Shown: positions 1 to 8,377 of the stretch, one piece after another | How the letters are laid out: each line of letters begins with the position of its first letter | How positions within the stretch are numbered: the first letter of the stretch is position 1 | Source: an uncultured Bacillota bacterium | Lineage (GTDB): Bacteria > Bacillota > Clostridia > Christensenellales > UBA1242 | Length of the DNA stretch: 64,000 nt | Assembly (NCBI GenBank): GCA_900551705.1 | Contig: URWY01000004.1 | Location: 15-64,014, forward strand | Direction: 5' to 3' | Translations under genes and position numbers: made by a program | Notes under the pieces: generated by a model | Database searches by the model: none | What the model was told of the DNA's origin: nothing | Seen by the model: the letters and a program-made list of their open reading frames with translations, nothing else

Positions 1-516
1 CGCCTTTCCCTCACGGTACTATACGCTATCGGTCACTAGGTCGTATTTAGCCTTAGGAGATGGTCCTCCCACATTCACACCGGATTTCACGTGTCCTGTG
101 CTACTCTGGAACACTCTCGCTCTCATTCTGGTTTAAGATACGGGGCTATTACCCTGTTTCGCTCGGTTTTCCAACCGTCTTCTCCTACCATTATTCGTCG
201 CTTTATGAGGTCCGAACCCCCGTGACATTTCTGCCTCGGGTTTGGGCTCTTGCAGTTTCGCTCGCCACTACTCCCGCAATCGTTGTTTTACTTTCTTTTC
301 CTCCAGGTACTTAGATGTTTCAGTTCCCTGGGTTCCCCTCATAACACTATTTGATTCGTGCTATGATACTAACTCATTACAGTTAGTGCGTTTCCGCATT
401 CGGACATCTACGGGTCACAGCCTACGTGCGGCTCACCGTAGCTTATCGCAGCTTATCACGTCCTTCATCGGCTCCTAGTGCCAAGGCATCCACCATATGC
501 TCTTTGTAGCTTAATC
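1..516 (-). rRNA. rrl: 23S rRNA, 5' portion (gene continues beyond window start)
   Basis: Reverse complement carries conserved 23S 5'-domain strings (GGTGGATGCCTTGGCA near the 5' end; GGGAACTGAAACATCTAAGTACC; AGTAGTGGCGAGCGAA). The 5' end is estimated at about 516. ORFs 60..314 and 242..478 are artefacts inside it. Confidence 0.9.
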
Positions 517-562
517 TATATTTTAGTTTTGGATTTTCTTAGCATTTTCACTTTAATCTTAT

Positions 563-573
563 TGTTAAAGAAA
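563..573 (-). promoter_or_regulatory. boxA-like antitermination element in 23S leader
   Basis: Minus strand reads TTCTTTAACAA, close to the rRNA boxA core (TGCTCTTTAACAA). It lies between the predicted promoter and the 23S 5' end. Confidence 0.4.
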
Positions 574-754
574 TTAAACTCAGCGTAAATTTACAGTATA
601 TATCGTTGAAGATTATATTCATATTACACTTTATTTGTTACTGATATTTGACTCGATATATATATTAAAATATACACATCAATTATATCTATTCAATTGT
701 CAATGTTCAAATTTCCACAAAAGTGGAACCCGCCTTTTCACACGCGGTGACATC

Positions 755-783
755 AATATATCACTATAAAAATTAATTGTCAA
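755..783 (-). promoter_or_regulatory. sigma-A type promoter for the 23S rRNA gene
   Basis: Minus strand reads TTGACA-17 nt-TATATT, about 230 nt upstream of the 23S 5' end. Confidence 0.55.
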
Positions 784-786
784 CAG

Positions 787-836
787 TTTTTTCAAAGTTT
801 TTTTACTTTTTTTTAACTTTTTTTTACATTTTTTTT
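787..836 (-). promoter_or_regulatory. Phased A-tract (UP-element-like, curved DNA) region upstream of the rRNA promoter
   Basis: Five T-runs of 6-8 nt on the plus strand start at 787, 798, 807, 818 and 829 (spacing 11, 9, 11, 11). They sit immediately upstream of the -35 element. Confidence 0.5.
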
Positions 837-920
837 AAAACACCGCAACACCCCGCCGTGTGTTTGCAAAATTGCCATTTTTTGCCTAAAAACTTGTCAA
901 AATTCGCTAAAAATTTTTAT

Positions 921-944
921 AAAAAATGAGAGCGGCCTGCTCTC
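921..944 (-). terminator. Intrinsic terminator of the 949..1392 gene
   Basis: Hairpin GAGAGC-GGCCT-GCTCTC (928..944), followed on the minus strand by a T-run (plus-strand A6 at 921..926). Confidence 0.6.
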
Positions 945-948
945 AAAT

Positions 949-1392
949 TTACATTTCTCTATCAACTTTTGCCAATTTCGACCTACTACTGTAATCTTTA
1001 TATGCCATTGTTATTAAATTATTTTCATAATATTCAACAACATTGTCGCCAAATTCATAAAGTTTTGAACTCACTTCATGCGCACTTTGGAAATTAAAAT
1101 TGACCAAATGCGAACAAAGTTGTCCAGTAGTCCTTGCAATAAGCACCAAAGTTGTGTATGCAGTTCGCTTTATGTAAAAACCGTTTTGAGCAACCGCTTT
1201 CTCAACAAGTTCAAAATTTTCTTGCCTTGAAAGAGTGGTTGGATATTCAGAATAAAAATATGCAAACTTTAACATCGCATTATAATTGTTTAAATCTTTT
1301 GCGAGTTGTTCGCTTGTAGCCCCATTAAACTTTTTATTCTCAAGGATTTTCCTTTGGTCTTCTAACATCTTAAAAAATAATCTTTTTTCCAT
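949..1392 (-). CDS. Hypothetical protein (147 aa, helical-looking)
   Basis: Clean ORF with a downstream terminator. I recognise no family. Confidence 0.55.
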   Translation of the reverse strand: MEKRLFFKMLEDQRKILENKKFNGATSEQLAKDLNNYNAMLKFAYFYSEYPTTLSRQENFELVEKAVAQNGFYIKRTAYTTLVLIARTTGQLCSHLVNFNFQSAHEVSSKLYEFGDNVVEYYENNLITMAYKDYSSRSKLAKVDREM

Positions 1393-1592
1393 AAAATTTC
1401 CCTTATATACTATTAATGTATTTATTATATTAAATATACATTATATATTATGTCAATTTTTGGATTGCCAAATTGTGACGAGTCTGGTCGAAAAAAGAAA
1501 AACAAGCCTAAGGAGTAAATAAAAGGCCTGTTTTCTAACCCTGCTATGTAGCATAAGGGTCTGGTAATTTAACAAATATGTATTTGGTAAAT

Positions 1593-2402
1593 CTATTTTG
1601 TTTGAGAAATTGCCCAGCCAGATACAGCGCTATCAGCCGCTTGAACAAATTCAAATTCTAAAACAACTTCAATCTTTGCAATGACTACTGCTTTTTCAAC
1701 AACAGTTTTTCCATCTTCACCGCCCATAACTGCAGCTTTGACAACATAACCTTTGCCTTCGCCTTCATCAGCACCAACAAATTTTGGTCCTTCAATTTTG
1801 AATGAAGCGCCTGTTGCGAAAAGCCCAACAAATCCTGTTGTTGTGTCCGCATTGTCAGTTGCGTGACCAACTTTTTGCAAGATTGTTTCATCGGCGGTAT
1901 TTTTTGTTGTGTAGTAATAATAATCACCATTCTTTACAAAGTTTGCACCAAAGAAAGCATCTTCGTTAGACATTGTAATGAGCTCACTTGCTGCAAAATC
2001 AGTTTTTGCGGCTTTTAACTCTGCGTCTGTGTATGCTGTTGTTGCGTCTTTTGTCGCATAAAATTTATATGAAACTTTAACTCTCATATATGCGCCAACG
2101 CTTTCTTTTGTCAATCTGACATCACTATCTGTAACCGTGATTGTGTCGCCAGGTTTAATTTCTGATTTGGCAAGCAATACACCTTCCAACTTACTGTTTT
2201 CTTTTTTCCAGACCGTTGGATCTGTTTGCCCAAACCCTTTGTATTGAATTTCAATACCTGAGTTCATAAGAATTGTTCCTGTTGCTTGCCTTTTCGCTGT
2301 ATACCAAGCCGCAGACGCTCCAATTCCAAGAGCGATGGTTAAAAGTAGCGCCAAAGCAATAATGCCAATCTTTAACCATTTTTTTGTTGTTGACTTATTC
2401 AT
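1593..2402 (-). CDS. Secreted or membrane-anchored protein, TasA/camelysin-like signal-anchor family, paralog A
   Basis: SD GGGAGGAG upstream. The N-terminus is K-rich, then a TM segment, then AAWYTAKRQATG, resembling the SipW-type GGGT(W/F)A(A/Y)F motif. Clearly paralogous to 4833..5624 and 50383..51141. Confidence 0.75.
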   Translation of the reverse strand: MNKSTTKKWLKIGIIALALLLTIALGIGASAAWYTAKRQATGTILMNSGIEIQYKGFGQTDPTVWKKENSKLEGVLLAKSEIKPGDTITVTDSDVRLTKESVGAYMRVKVSYKFYATKDATTAYTDAELKAAKTDFAASELITMSNEDAFFGANFVKNGDYYYYTTKNTADETILQKVGHATDNADTTTGFVGLFATGASFKIEGPKFVGADEGEGKGYVVKAAVMGGEDGKTVVEKAVVIAKIEVVLEFEFVQAADSAVSGWAISQTK

Positions 2403-2537
2403 TTTACTCCTCCCTTTGAATAATTTTTTATAGATAGAACAACACTATCTAATGTCTGCATTATATAATGTAAAAGTCTACTTGTCAACTAAATTTAACA
2501 TATATTATGAAAACATTAAATAATGTGTTGGTGAGAT

Positions 2538-2744
2538 ATGGTTAAATTAAATGTGTTAAATATGCTTAAAGAAAGGGGCAAGTCAAAATATTGGCTCTAT
2601 ATTCAACTCGGAATGAGTTATCAGAATTTCAATAAAATGGTTAACAACGAAACGCGCTCCATTAAATATGAAACAATAGATATGCTTTGCGAGATTTTTG
2701 ACTGCACGCCAAACGATCTCTTTATTTTGACAAATAACGACTAA
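2538..2744 (+). CDS. XRE/Cro-family helix-turn-helix regulator (68 aa)
   Basis: Short HTH protein pattern (KSKYWLYIQLGMSYQNFNKMVNNE...LCEIFDCTPNDLF). Divergent from paralog A. Confidence 0.8.
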   Translation: MVKLNVLNMLKERGKSKYWLYIQLGMSYQNFNKMVNNETRSIKYETIDMLCEIFDCTPNDLFILTNND

Positions 2745-2757
2745 ATCAAACAAAATT

Positions 2758-2787
2758 AGCACTGCAAAAAAATTGTAGTGCTTTTTT
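2758..2787 (+). terminator. Intrinsic terminator after the XRE gene
   Basis: 9-bp stem AGCACTGCA/TGTAGTGCT (one G-U pair) followed by T6. Confidence 0.7.
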
Positions 2788-2971
2788 GTAACATTTTTAT
2801 AGGGTCGTGAGTAGTATGAAGTAAGAGCAAAAGAAAAAAACAAACAAAGTACAAAAGAAGAAAAAATACATACTTTTGATGCAAATAAAAAACCTACAAA
2901 AAATGCTCGCATCAAACACTTGAAAAAGTGAAAGAAAAATTTTTTAGAAAATCTAATGAGGAGGAAAGCGT

Positions 2972-3193
2972 ATGAACTTCTTGAATGGTTTCTTCGGAAA
3001 TCGCGATGGCGGAAACGGATGCGACTGCTGCACAATTATTATCTTACTCATCTTACTTTCATGCTTATGCGGTGACAACGAAGGTGGCTTCTTAGGCGGA
3101 TTTGGCGGTGGAAATTGCTGTGATTTAATTATCTGGTTAATTTTACTCTCATGCTTATGCGGTGGAAACAGCGGCTGCGGCAACAGATGCTAG
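2972..3193 (+). CDS. Cys/Gly-rich small membrane protein with internal duplication (YjcZ-like tiny TM sporulation protein class)
   Basis: Strong SD (GAGGAGG) 8 nt before the ATG. Two copies of CC-x2-II-x-LILLSCLCG-x-N. An identical 16-mer TCATGCTTATGCGGTG occurs at 3059 and 3149 (90 nt apart, in frame). A terminator follows. Confidence 0.65.
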   Translation: MNFLNGFFGNRDGGNGCDCCTIIILLILLSCLCGDNEGGFLGGFGGGNCCDLIIWLILLSCLCGGNSGCGNRC

Positions 3194-3216
3194 TCTAAAC
3201 TAACTACATAAAAAAT

Positions 3217-3263
3217 AAAACTTCAAGTTGAAATACAATCCCCTCTTATCAACTTGGAGTTTT
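3217..3263. terminator. Bidirectional terminator between the Cys-rich ORF and spoIVA
   Basis: 15-bp stem AAAACTTCAAGTTGA/TCAACTTGGAGTTTT with T-runs on both strands. Confidence 0.7.
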
Positions 3264-3281
3264 ATTTTAATTAAATTCTAA

Positions 3282-4760
3282 TTATAACAAAATACAGATT
3301 ATGCCACCTTTGCCTTCGTTGATAATTCTACCAAGAGTTTTGCGCATTTTGCGTTGTGCTTCAACAGGCATTGTTGTGATTTTTGAGTTAATACCTTCGT
3401 TTACAAGTGAACTCAAACTCTTGCCAAACATATTCGTTTCCCAAATTGCTTTTGGATTTTGTTCAAATTCATCAAGAAGATATTTTACAAGTTCTTCACT
3501 TTGTGCTTGTGAGCCAACGATTGGATTAACTTCAGTTTCAATATCAACGCTCATAATATGCAAACTTGGAGCAGATGCTTTAAGTTTTACGCCGAATTTT
3601 GAACCTTGTTTTACAATTTGTGGATCTTCCAAACTCATATCTTCCACAGATGGCATAACTACGCCGTAGCCTTTTTCTTTAACTTCTTCGAGTGCGACTT
3701 TGATTTTGTCGTATTCCTTTTTAGCGTAAGCAAGTTGCTTGATATATGATATCAAGTGGAAATCGTCTTGAATTTCTGTTCCACATTGTTCTGATAAAAC
3801 GCGATAGAAAAGTTGTGGTTTAGGCGTGATTTCAAAATAGATTTTACCTTCGCCCATTTTGATTGTTGACACAACAACAGGCTCGAAATCTTCATTTTCT
3901 AAGAATGCAACATTTGTTCTATCAATTTGGCCAATCTTATTTGCTTCTTGTCCAAACTTTTCAATTTCAGAAATAATGCTTGTGATAATTGGGTGTTCAA
4001 AAGGCAATACTTGAAGCCATTCTGGCATTTTTACGCTCAAAGTTTTGATTGGGAATTCTAAAAGAATTTTTTCAAAAATTTCTTCAACATCTTTTTCAGA
4101 AAGTTTTGCAACATCTTTCGTTATAACTGGAATCTGATATTTTGCGTAAAGCGAATTTGCAAGTTTTTTTGTTTCTTCGGCATTAGGCTTTTTGGTATTC
4201 AAAACGATAACAAAAGGCTTTTTTTGTGCTGCAAGTTCTTTCACAACTCTTTCTTCTGCTTGGACATAACTGCTTCTTGGAATGTCTGTGATTGAGCCGT
4301 CCGTTGTCATGACAATGCCGATTGTTGAATGTTCTTCAATAACCTTTTTTGTTCCCAGTTCCGCCGCCTCTTCAAAAGGAATATCTTCTTCTGTCCAAGG
4401 CGTTTTAACAAGTCTTGGTTTTTCTCCTTCTTCATGTCCGAGTGCGCCATCAACAAGATAGCCCACGCAGTCAATCATTCTAACATTCATTTCAACTTTT
4501 TCGTCAAGATTAATTTTAACCGCTTCGTTTGGAATAAATCTTGGTTGAGTTGTCATGATTGTTTTTCCGTCTGCGCTTTGTGGCAGTTCGTCAATTGTTC
4601 TTTCTTTACTGTTGATATCCTTAATATTTGGAACAACTAAACTTTGCATAAAGTTTGTTATAAAGGTAGATTTTCCGCAACGAACCGGACCAACAACGCC
4701 CACATAAATATCGCCGCCAGTGCGTTTGGCAATATCTTCATATAGACTGTAATTTTCCAT
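3282..4760 (-). CDS. spoIVA: Stage IV sporulation protein A (spore coat morphogenetic ATPase)
   Basis: N-terminus MENYSLYEDIAKRTGGDIYVGVVGPVRCGKSTFI (SpoIVA Walker A). 492 aa, full-length pattern. Confidence 0.95.
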   Translation of the reverse strand: MENYSLYEDIAKRTGGDIYVGVVGPVRCGKSTFITNFMQSLVVPNIKDINSKERTIDELPQSADGKTIMTTQPRFIPNEAVKINLDEKVEMNVRMIDCVGYLVDGALGHEEGEKPRLVKTPWTEEDIPFEEAAELGTKKVIEEHSTIGIVMTTDGSITDIPRSSYVQAEERVVKELAAQKKPFVIVLNTKKPNAEETKKLANSLYAKYQIPVITKDVAKLSEKDVEEIFEKILLEFPIKTLSVKMPEWLQVLPFEHPIITSIISEIEKFGQEANKIGQIDRTNVAFLENEDFEPVVVSTIKMGEGKIYFEITPKPQLFYRVLSEQCGTEIQDDFHLISYIKQLAYAKKEYDKIKVALEEVKEKGYGVVMPSVEDMSLEDPQIVKQGSKFGVKLKASAPSLHIMSVDIETEVNPIVGSQAQSEELVKYLLDEFEQNPKAIWETNMFGKSLSSLVNEGINSKITTMPVEAQRKMRKTLGRIINEGKGGIICILL

Positions 4761-4782
4761 AAAAAACCTCCATAGATGTTAT

Positions 4783-4811
4783 AATCTATGAAGGAAAGTT
4801 AGCGAATATTC
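4783..4811 (-). promoter_or_regulatory. Candidate sigma-E type promoter of spoIVA
   Basis: Minus strand reads GAATATT-14 nt-CATAGATT, resembling the B. subtilis sigma-E pattern (xxATATT ... CATACA-T). It lies about 25 nt upstream of the spoIVA SD. Confidence 0.4.
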
Positions 4812-4832
4812 GTTTTTTGTGTCTTATTTTTC

Positions 4833-5624
4833 TTAGCCCCAAACTGAAATTGCAAGTTCTTCAATCGCTTGAATATCTAACGAAAATTCAATTTTTGTAA
4901 ATGGCATATTTTCGCCATAATCAATGCTATCGTCCATTTTGATGAGCACTTTGTTATCGGCGTTGAGTTTGAAGATTGAAACTTTTGGTGTTTCTTCTCC
5001 ATTATATTCATTTTTTGTAAGTGTTATGTCTGCAAGCGTTGTGACATCGCCTTCGGCAGTGCCGAAATAATACCAGTCGCCAAACTTAACAAATTTTGAA
5101 GCGTCAAATTCTGGCAAACTTTCAAACAAATTGAACTCGCTTGAAATTGGATATGGAACGCCATTTTTTTCATACTCTGTTGTTTTTGCCAAAAACTCTG
5201 CTCTGTTAGCGTCAGTCAACAAAACTTCTTCGCCACTAGCATTTTTAAAGTAAAATTTGATATTAAATCTAACTCTCAAATAAAATGGGACTGTGTTTTC
5301 TTTAGCGCTGAGAGTTGGATTGGCAAGCGAATAGACCATGCTTGACATAACATTTGTTTCTTCAAGTGGTTTTAATTCAACTTCGCCGCTAGTTTTTTCA
5401 ACAAGATATGCAAGTTTTAAATTTGAGTTTGAAGGGGTTGAGTTTTCTTCATATAAACCTGCATAGTCAATTTTTATACCTTCAACAAATTCCAAACTAC
5501 CTTCCGCTTTTCTTGTGGCAACAAACCAAGCGCCTGAGAAATATGTTGCAATAAGAGCAATAAGCAAACATGCCAAAATTGCAATAGTTATTATGATTGC
5601 TTTTCTTTGTCTTTTACTTTGCAT
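4833..5624 (-). CDS. TasA/camelysin-like signal-anchor family protein, paralog B
   Basis: Start moved to ATG at 5624 (MQSKRQRK), preceded by GGGGGT. TM segment then GAWFVATRKAEGSLEF. Shares motifs with paralogs A and C. Confidence 0.75.
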   Translation of the reverse strand: MQSKRQRKAIIITIAILACLLIALIATYFSGAWFVATRKAEGSLEFVEGIKIDYAGLYEENSTPSNSNLKLAYLVEKTSGEVELKPLEETNVMSSMVYSLANPTLSAKENTVPFYLRVRFNIKFYFKNASGEEVLLTDANRAEFLAKTTEYEKNGVPYPISSEFNLFESLPEFDASKFVKFGDWYYFGTAEGDVTTLADITLTKNEYNGEETPKVSIFKLNADNKVLIKMDDSIDYGENMPFTKIEFSLDIQAIEELAISVWG

Positions 5625-5700
5625 AAACACCCCCAAGTTAAATTATTAACTTTATTTTAGCAAAAAATTATGTGAATGCAAAATATTTAAACTATTTTAA

Positions 5701-6195
5701 TTAATTATAAAAGCCAATTATTTTTATAAACCGAGCATCTTTTAGGTTATATGTGGACAATCTGCGGTTAAGTGCGTCGTAGGTATGTGCACAAACAAAC
5801 ATATCAAAAGGCAAGCCCACGCTTTCAATTTTTGTTATAACGAGCGTATGCGTGTAAATCCCGTTTGTTTTTATTTGCACCAAGTCACCGAGTTCTAAAT
5901 CTTTTAAATTTGCAATTTTGCCAACTGGGCCTTTTGAAATTTCATTTCTAAGTAAAAAGTTTTGAAGATATTCAACTGATGTCCAACTTGGCGAGCGGTC
6001 AAACGCTGAATTATAAAACCAACCAAGTGGATAATTATAGTTCATAATATTGCAACCTGCAAAAACACTTTGTGAAGCAAAGTTTGTGCAGTCGCCGCCT
6101 AAATCTTCAAAATCATAATATTTTGGATTTCTTCTTTTTGCCCAAGTTAGCGCATATTCTACACAGTTTGGCCTGTTATATTTTTCTAAAATCAT
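5701..6195 (-). CDS. Putative amidase-domain protein (Amidase_6-like)
   Basis: YNRPNCVEYALTWAKRRNPKYYDFEDLGGDCTNFASQSVFAG matches the 'putative amidase domain' pattern with a catalytic Cys context. Confidence 0.65.
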   Translation of the reverse strand: MILEKYNRPNCVEYALTWAKRRNPKYYDFEDLGGDCTNFASQSVFAGCNIMNYNYPLGWFYNSAFDRSPSWTSVEYLQNFLLRNEISKGPVGKIANLKDLELGDLVQIKTNGIYTHTLVITKIESVGLPFDMFVCAHTYDALNRRLSTYNLKDARFIKIIGFYN

Positions 6196-6248
6196 ATAAC
6201 TATTGTATTTTTAATTTCTTATTATTGCCATAAAAAAAGACTTATCTT

Positions 6249-6614
6249 TTAAGCCTTTTTTCTTTTCTTCAATTTTATTTTTGCCAATTTGTTTTTATTG
6301 TCGCCCCACAACTTTTCAAGGTTGTAATAATTTCTTTTTTCTTCAATGAAAAGTTCAACTATATATTTACCTAAATCTAGAATTATCCATTCACCTGGAA
6401 ATTCTCCTTCCATAGCGATTTCTTGTTGAAATTCTTTTTCAAACTCTTCTTTAATTTGAGCAGCAACTGCTCTTGTGTTTTTTTCGTTAGGAAAAGTTCC
6501 AACAATAATTTTGGTCATGATAGGACTTTTAGATGTTAAATCTAAAACTTCAATATTTTTAATTTTGTTTTCGCAAAGTATTTGCGAAATTACTTCAAAT
6601 CTACTTTCGTCCAT
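6249..6614 (-). CDS. rsfS: Ribosome silencing factor RsfS (iojap family)
   Basis: Core ...EVLDLTSKSPIMTKIIVGT...EGEFPGEWIILDLGKYIVELF...YNLEKLWG. Start is probably MDESRF at 6614. K-rich C-terminal tail. Confidence 0.85.
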   Translation of the reverse strand: MDESRFEVISQILCENKIKNIEVLDLTSKSPIMTKIIVGTFPNEKNTRAVAAQIKEEFEKEFQQEIAMEGEFPGEWIILDLGKYIVELFIEEKRNYYNLEKLWGDNKNKLAKIKLKKRKKA

Positions 6615-6666
6615 CTCTTTTCTCTTTATAAATATATAATATGCAACATTTTTTGTCAAATAAATA

Positions 6667-7470
6667 TTAAAATTTCAATTCTGTCGTTAAATTTTTATAA
6701 TCTTCAAGTGTTAACTCTTCCGCTCTTGCCATTTCGTTTATATTTAATTTTTGCAAGACTTTAACGACTTCATCTCTTGAAATATTTAGATTTTTAGTTA
6801 AATTGTTAACAAGTGTTTTTCTTCTCATTGCAAAAGAACTATTGACAACTTTTGAAAATTTGTTAACAAAATTTTTATCAACATCAAGTTGTTTCCTATC
6901 TAACCTAATAACTGCTGAGTCGACATTTGGCATAGGATAGAACATTTTCCTTGACACATTTCTTGTGATTTGTTGATTGCAATAAAAGTTTATCATAACT
7001 GATGGAATGCCATAGTTGTCATCACCAGCCTTGGCACAGAAACGCTCCGCAACTTCTTTCTGAACCATAACGGTTATTGATTTACATCTTTGAGTTTGTT
7101 CCAAAAATTTGAATATTAATGGCGATGTTATATAGTATGGCAAATTTGCAACAAGTTTATAATCGCCTTCAAAATTCTTTTCAATTTCATCAATTTGCAA
7201 TTTCAAAGCATCATCAATAATGATTTGTAAATTATTAAAATTTGAAGCAAGTTCGTTTAAATGTTCTGTTAAAGTTTTGTCAATTTCATAAGAAACAACC
7301 TTTTTGGCTTTAAGTGCGAGTTGTTCTGTTAACGCTCCGCCGCCTGCTCCAATTTCTAAAACATCATCTTCTTTTGTGATTTGCGCATCACTGACTATTG
7401 CAGCAAGCAGATTTCTGTCAGACAAAAAATTCTGACCAAACTTTTTGTTAAATTTATGATTTTCTAGCAT
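6667..7470 (-). CDS. rsmA: 16S rRNA (adenine1518/1519-N6)-dimethyltransferase
   Basis: FGQNFL, EIGAGGGALT and ANLPYYITSP motifs. Confidence 0.95.
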   Translation of the reverse strand: MLENHKFNKKFGQNFLSDRNLLAAIVSDAQITKEDDVLEIGAGGGALTEQLALKAKKVVSYEIDKTLTEHLNELASNFNNLQIIIDDALKLQIDEIEKNFEGDYKLVANLPYYITSPLIFKFLEQTQRCKSITVMVQKEVAERFCAKAGDDNYGIPSVMINFYCNQQITRNVSRKMFYPMPNVDSAVIRLDRKQLDVDKNFVNKFSKVVNSSFAMRRKTLVNNLTKNLNISRDEVVKVLQKLNINEMARAEELTLEDYKNLTTELKF

Positions 7471-8297
7471 GGTAACCTTCCAAATAATTTGCGAGCATTC
7501 GCTGTTGTTTTTTCTTCAACTTCTTTATAATCCAAATCTAATAAATCTGCAATTTTATCGTTTACAAGCACAACATTTTTAGGTTCATTGATTTGCCCGC
7601 GATAAGGTTCTGGGCAAAGATATGGACAGTCTGTTTCAAGCATCACATTATCAATTCCGCATTGCCTTAAAACTTCTGGAATATTCCTTGCATTTTTAAA
7701 TGTCACTGAACCACCAACAGAAATGTAAAAGCCCAATTTAAAATATTCTCTTGCTATTTCAGCGCTGCCAGAAAAACAATGTATAAGCCCTTTTTGTGGC
7801 AAAATAGCAGCATATTCTTTTATAATTTCAAGCGTGTCTTGCGTGGCATCACGGCTATGCACAACAATTGGCAAATTCATTCTGCTTGCAAGTTTGATTT
7901 GCTTAATAAAAATATCTTTTTGAACTTTTATAACTTCGTCTTCCGTTATATTCTGATATTGTGGATAACTTTGCTTAATATATGCAATTTGAGTTTCCAT
8001 ATCGTGATAATCAAGACCAATTTCGCCAACGCCTATCACTTTTGGATTGTCCTTTTCAGCATAAATCATATTTTCAACTTTTTCATCATATTCAAAAAGC
8101 GCTTGTGGGTGAATTCCAAGTGTAGCGTAAACATTTTCAAACTTTTTGGCAAGAGCTAATGTATCGTTAATTGAATCTATATCACAAGTGGCGTTAACAA
8201 TATATTTAACGCCAGCTTCGCTTGCTCTTTTAACAACATTTTCAACATCGTCTTTCAATTTATCATCATCAATATGTGCATGTATATCTATTAACAT
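7464..8297 (-). CDS. tatD: TatD-family metal-dependent DNase/hydrolase
   Basis: Start set at MLIDIHAHIDD (ATG 8297). The long upstream ORF extension to 8489 overlaps sigH and is discarded. Adjacent to rsmA, as in Bacillus (yabD...ksgA). Confidence 0.9.
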   Translation of the reverse strand: MLIDIHAHIDDDKLKDDVENVVKRASEAGVKYIVNATCDIDSINDTLALAKKFENVYATLGIHPQALFEYDEKVENMIYAEKDNPKVIGVGEIGLDYHDMETQIAYIKQSYPQYQNITEDEVIKVQKDIFIKQIKLASRMNLPIVVHSRDATQDTLEIIKEYAAILPQKGLIHCFSGSAEIAREYFKLGFYISVGGSVTFKNARNIPEVLRQCGIDNVMLETDCPYLCPEPYRGQINEPKNVVLVNDKIADLLDLDYKEVEEKTTANARKLFGRLPC

Positions 8298-8377
8298 AAC
8301 TTTTATTATATAAAATAAATCTATTTTGTCTAGCAAAAAGTTGACTTTTGACGAATTTGAATATAAAATGCCAATAA

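Noticed and set aside
60-478. ORFs 60..314 and 242..478 (+)
   Set aside because: They lie entirely inside the 23S rRNA gene (antisense to it) and are rRNA translation artefacts.
2583-3183. Minus-strand ORFs 2583..3035 (150 aa) and 2953..3183 (76 aa, Pro/Lys-rich)
   Set aside because: They are antisense to the XRE gene, its terminator and the Cys-rich gene. They have low-complexity composition and no SD. The plus-strand genes have an SD and terminators.
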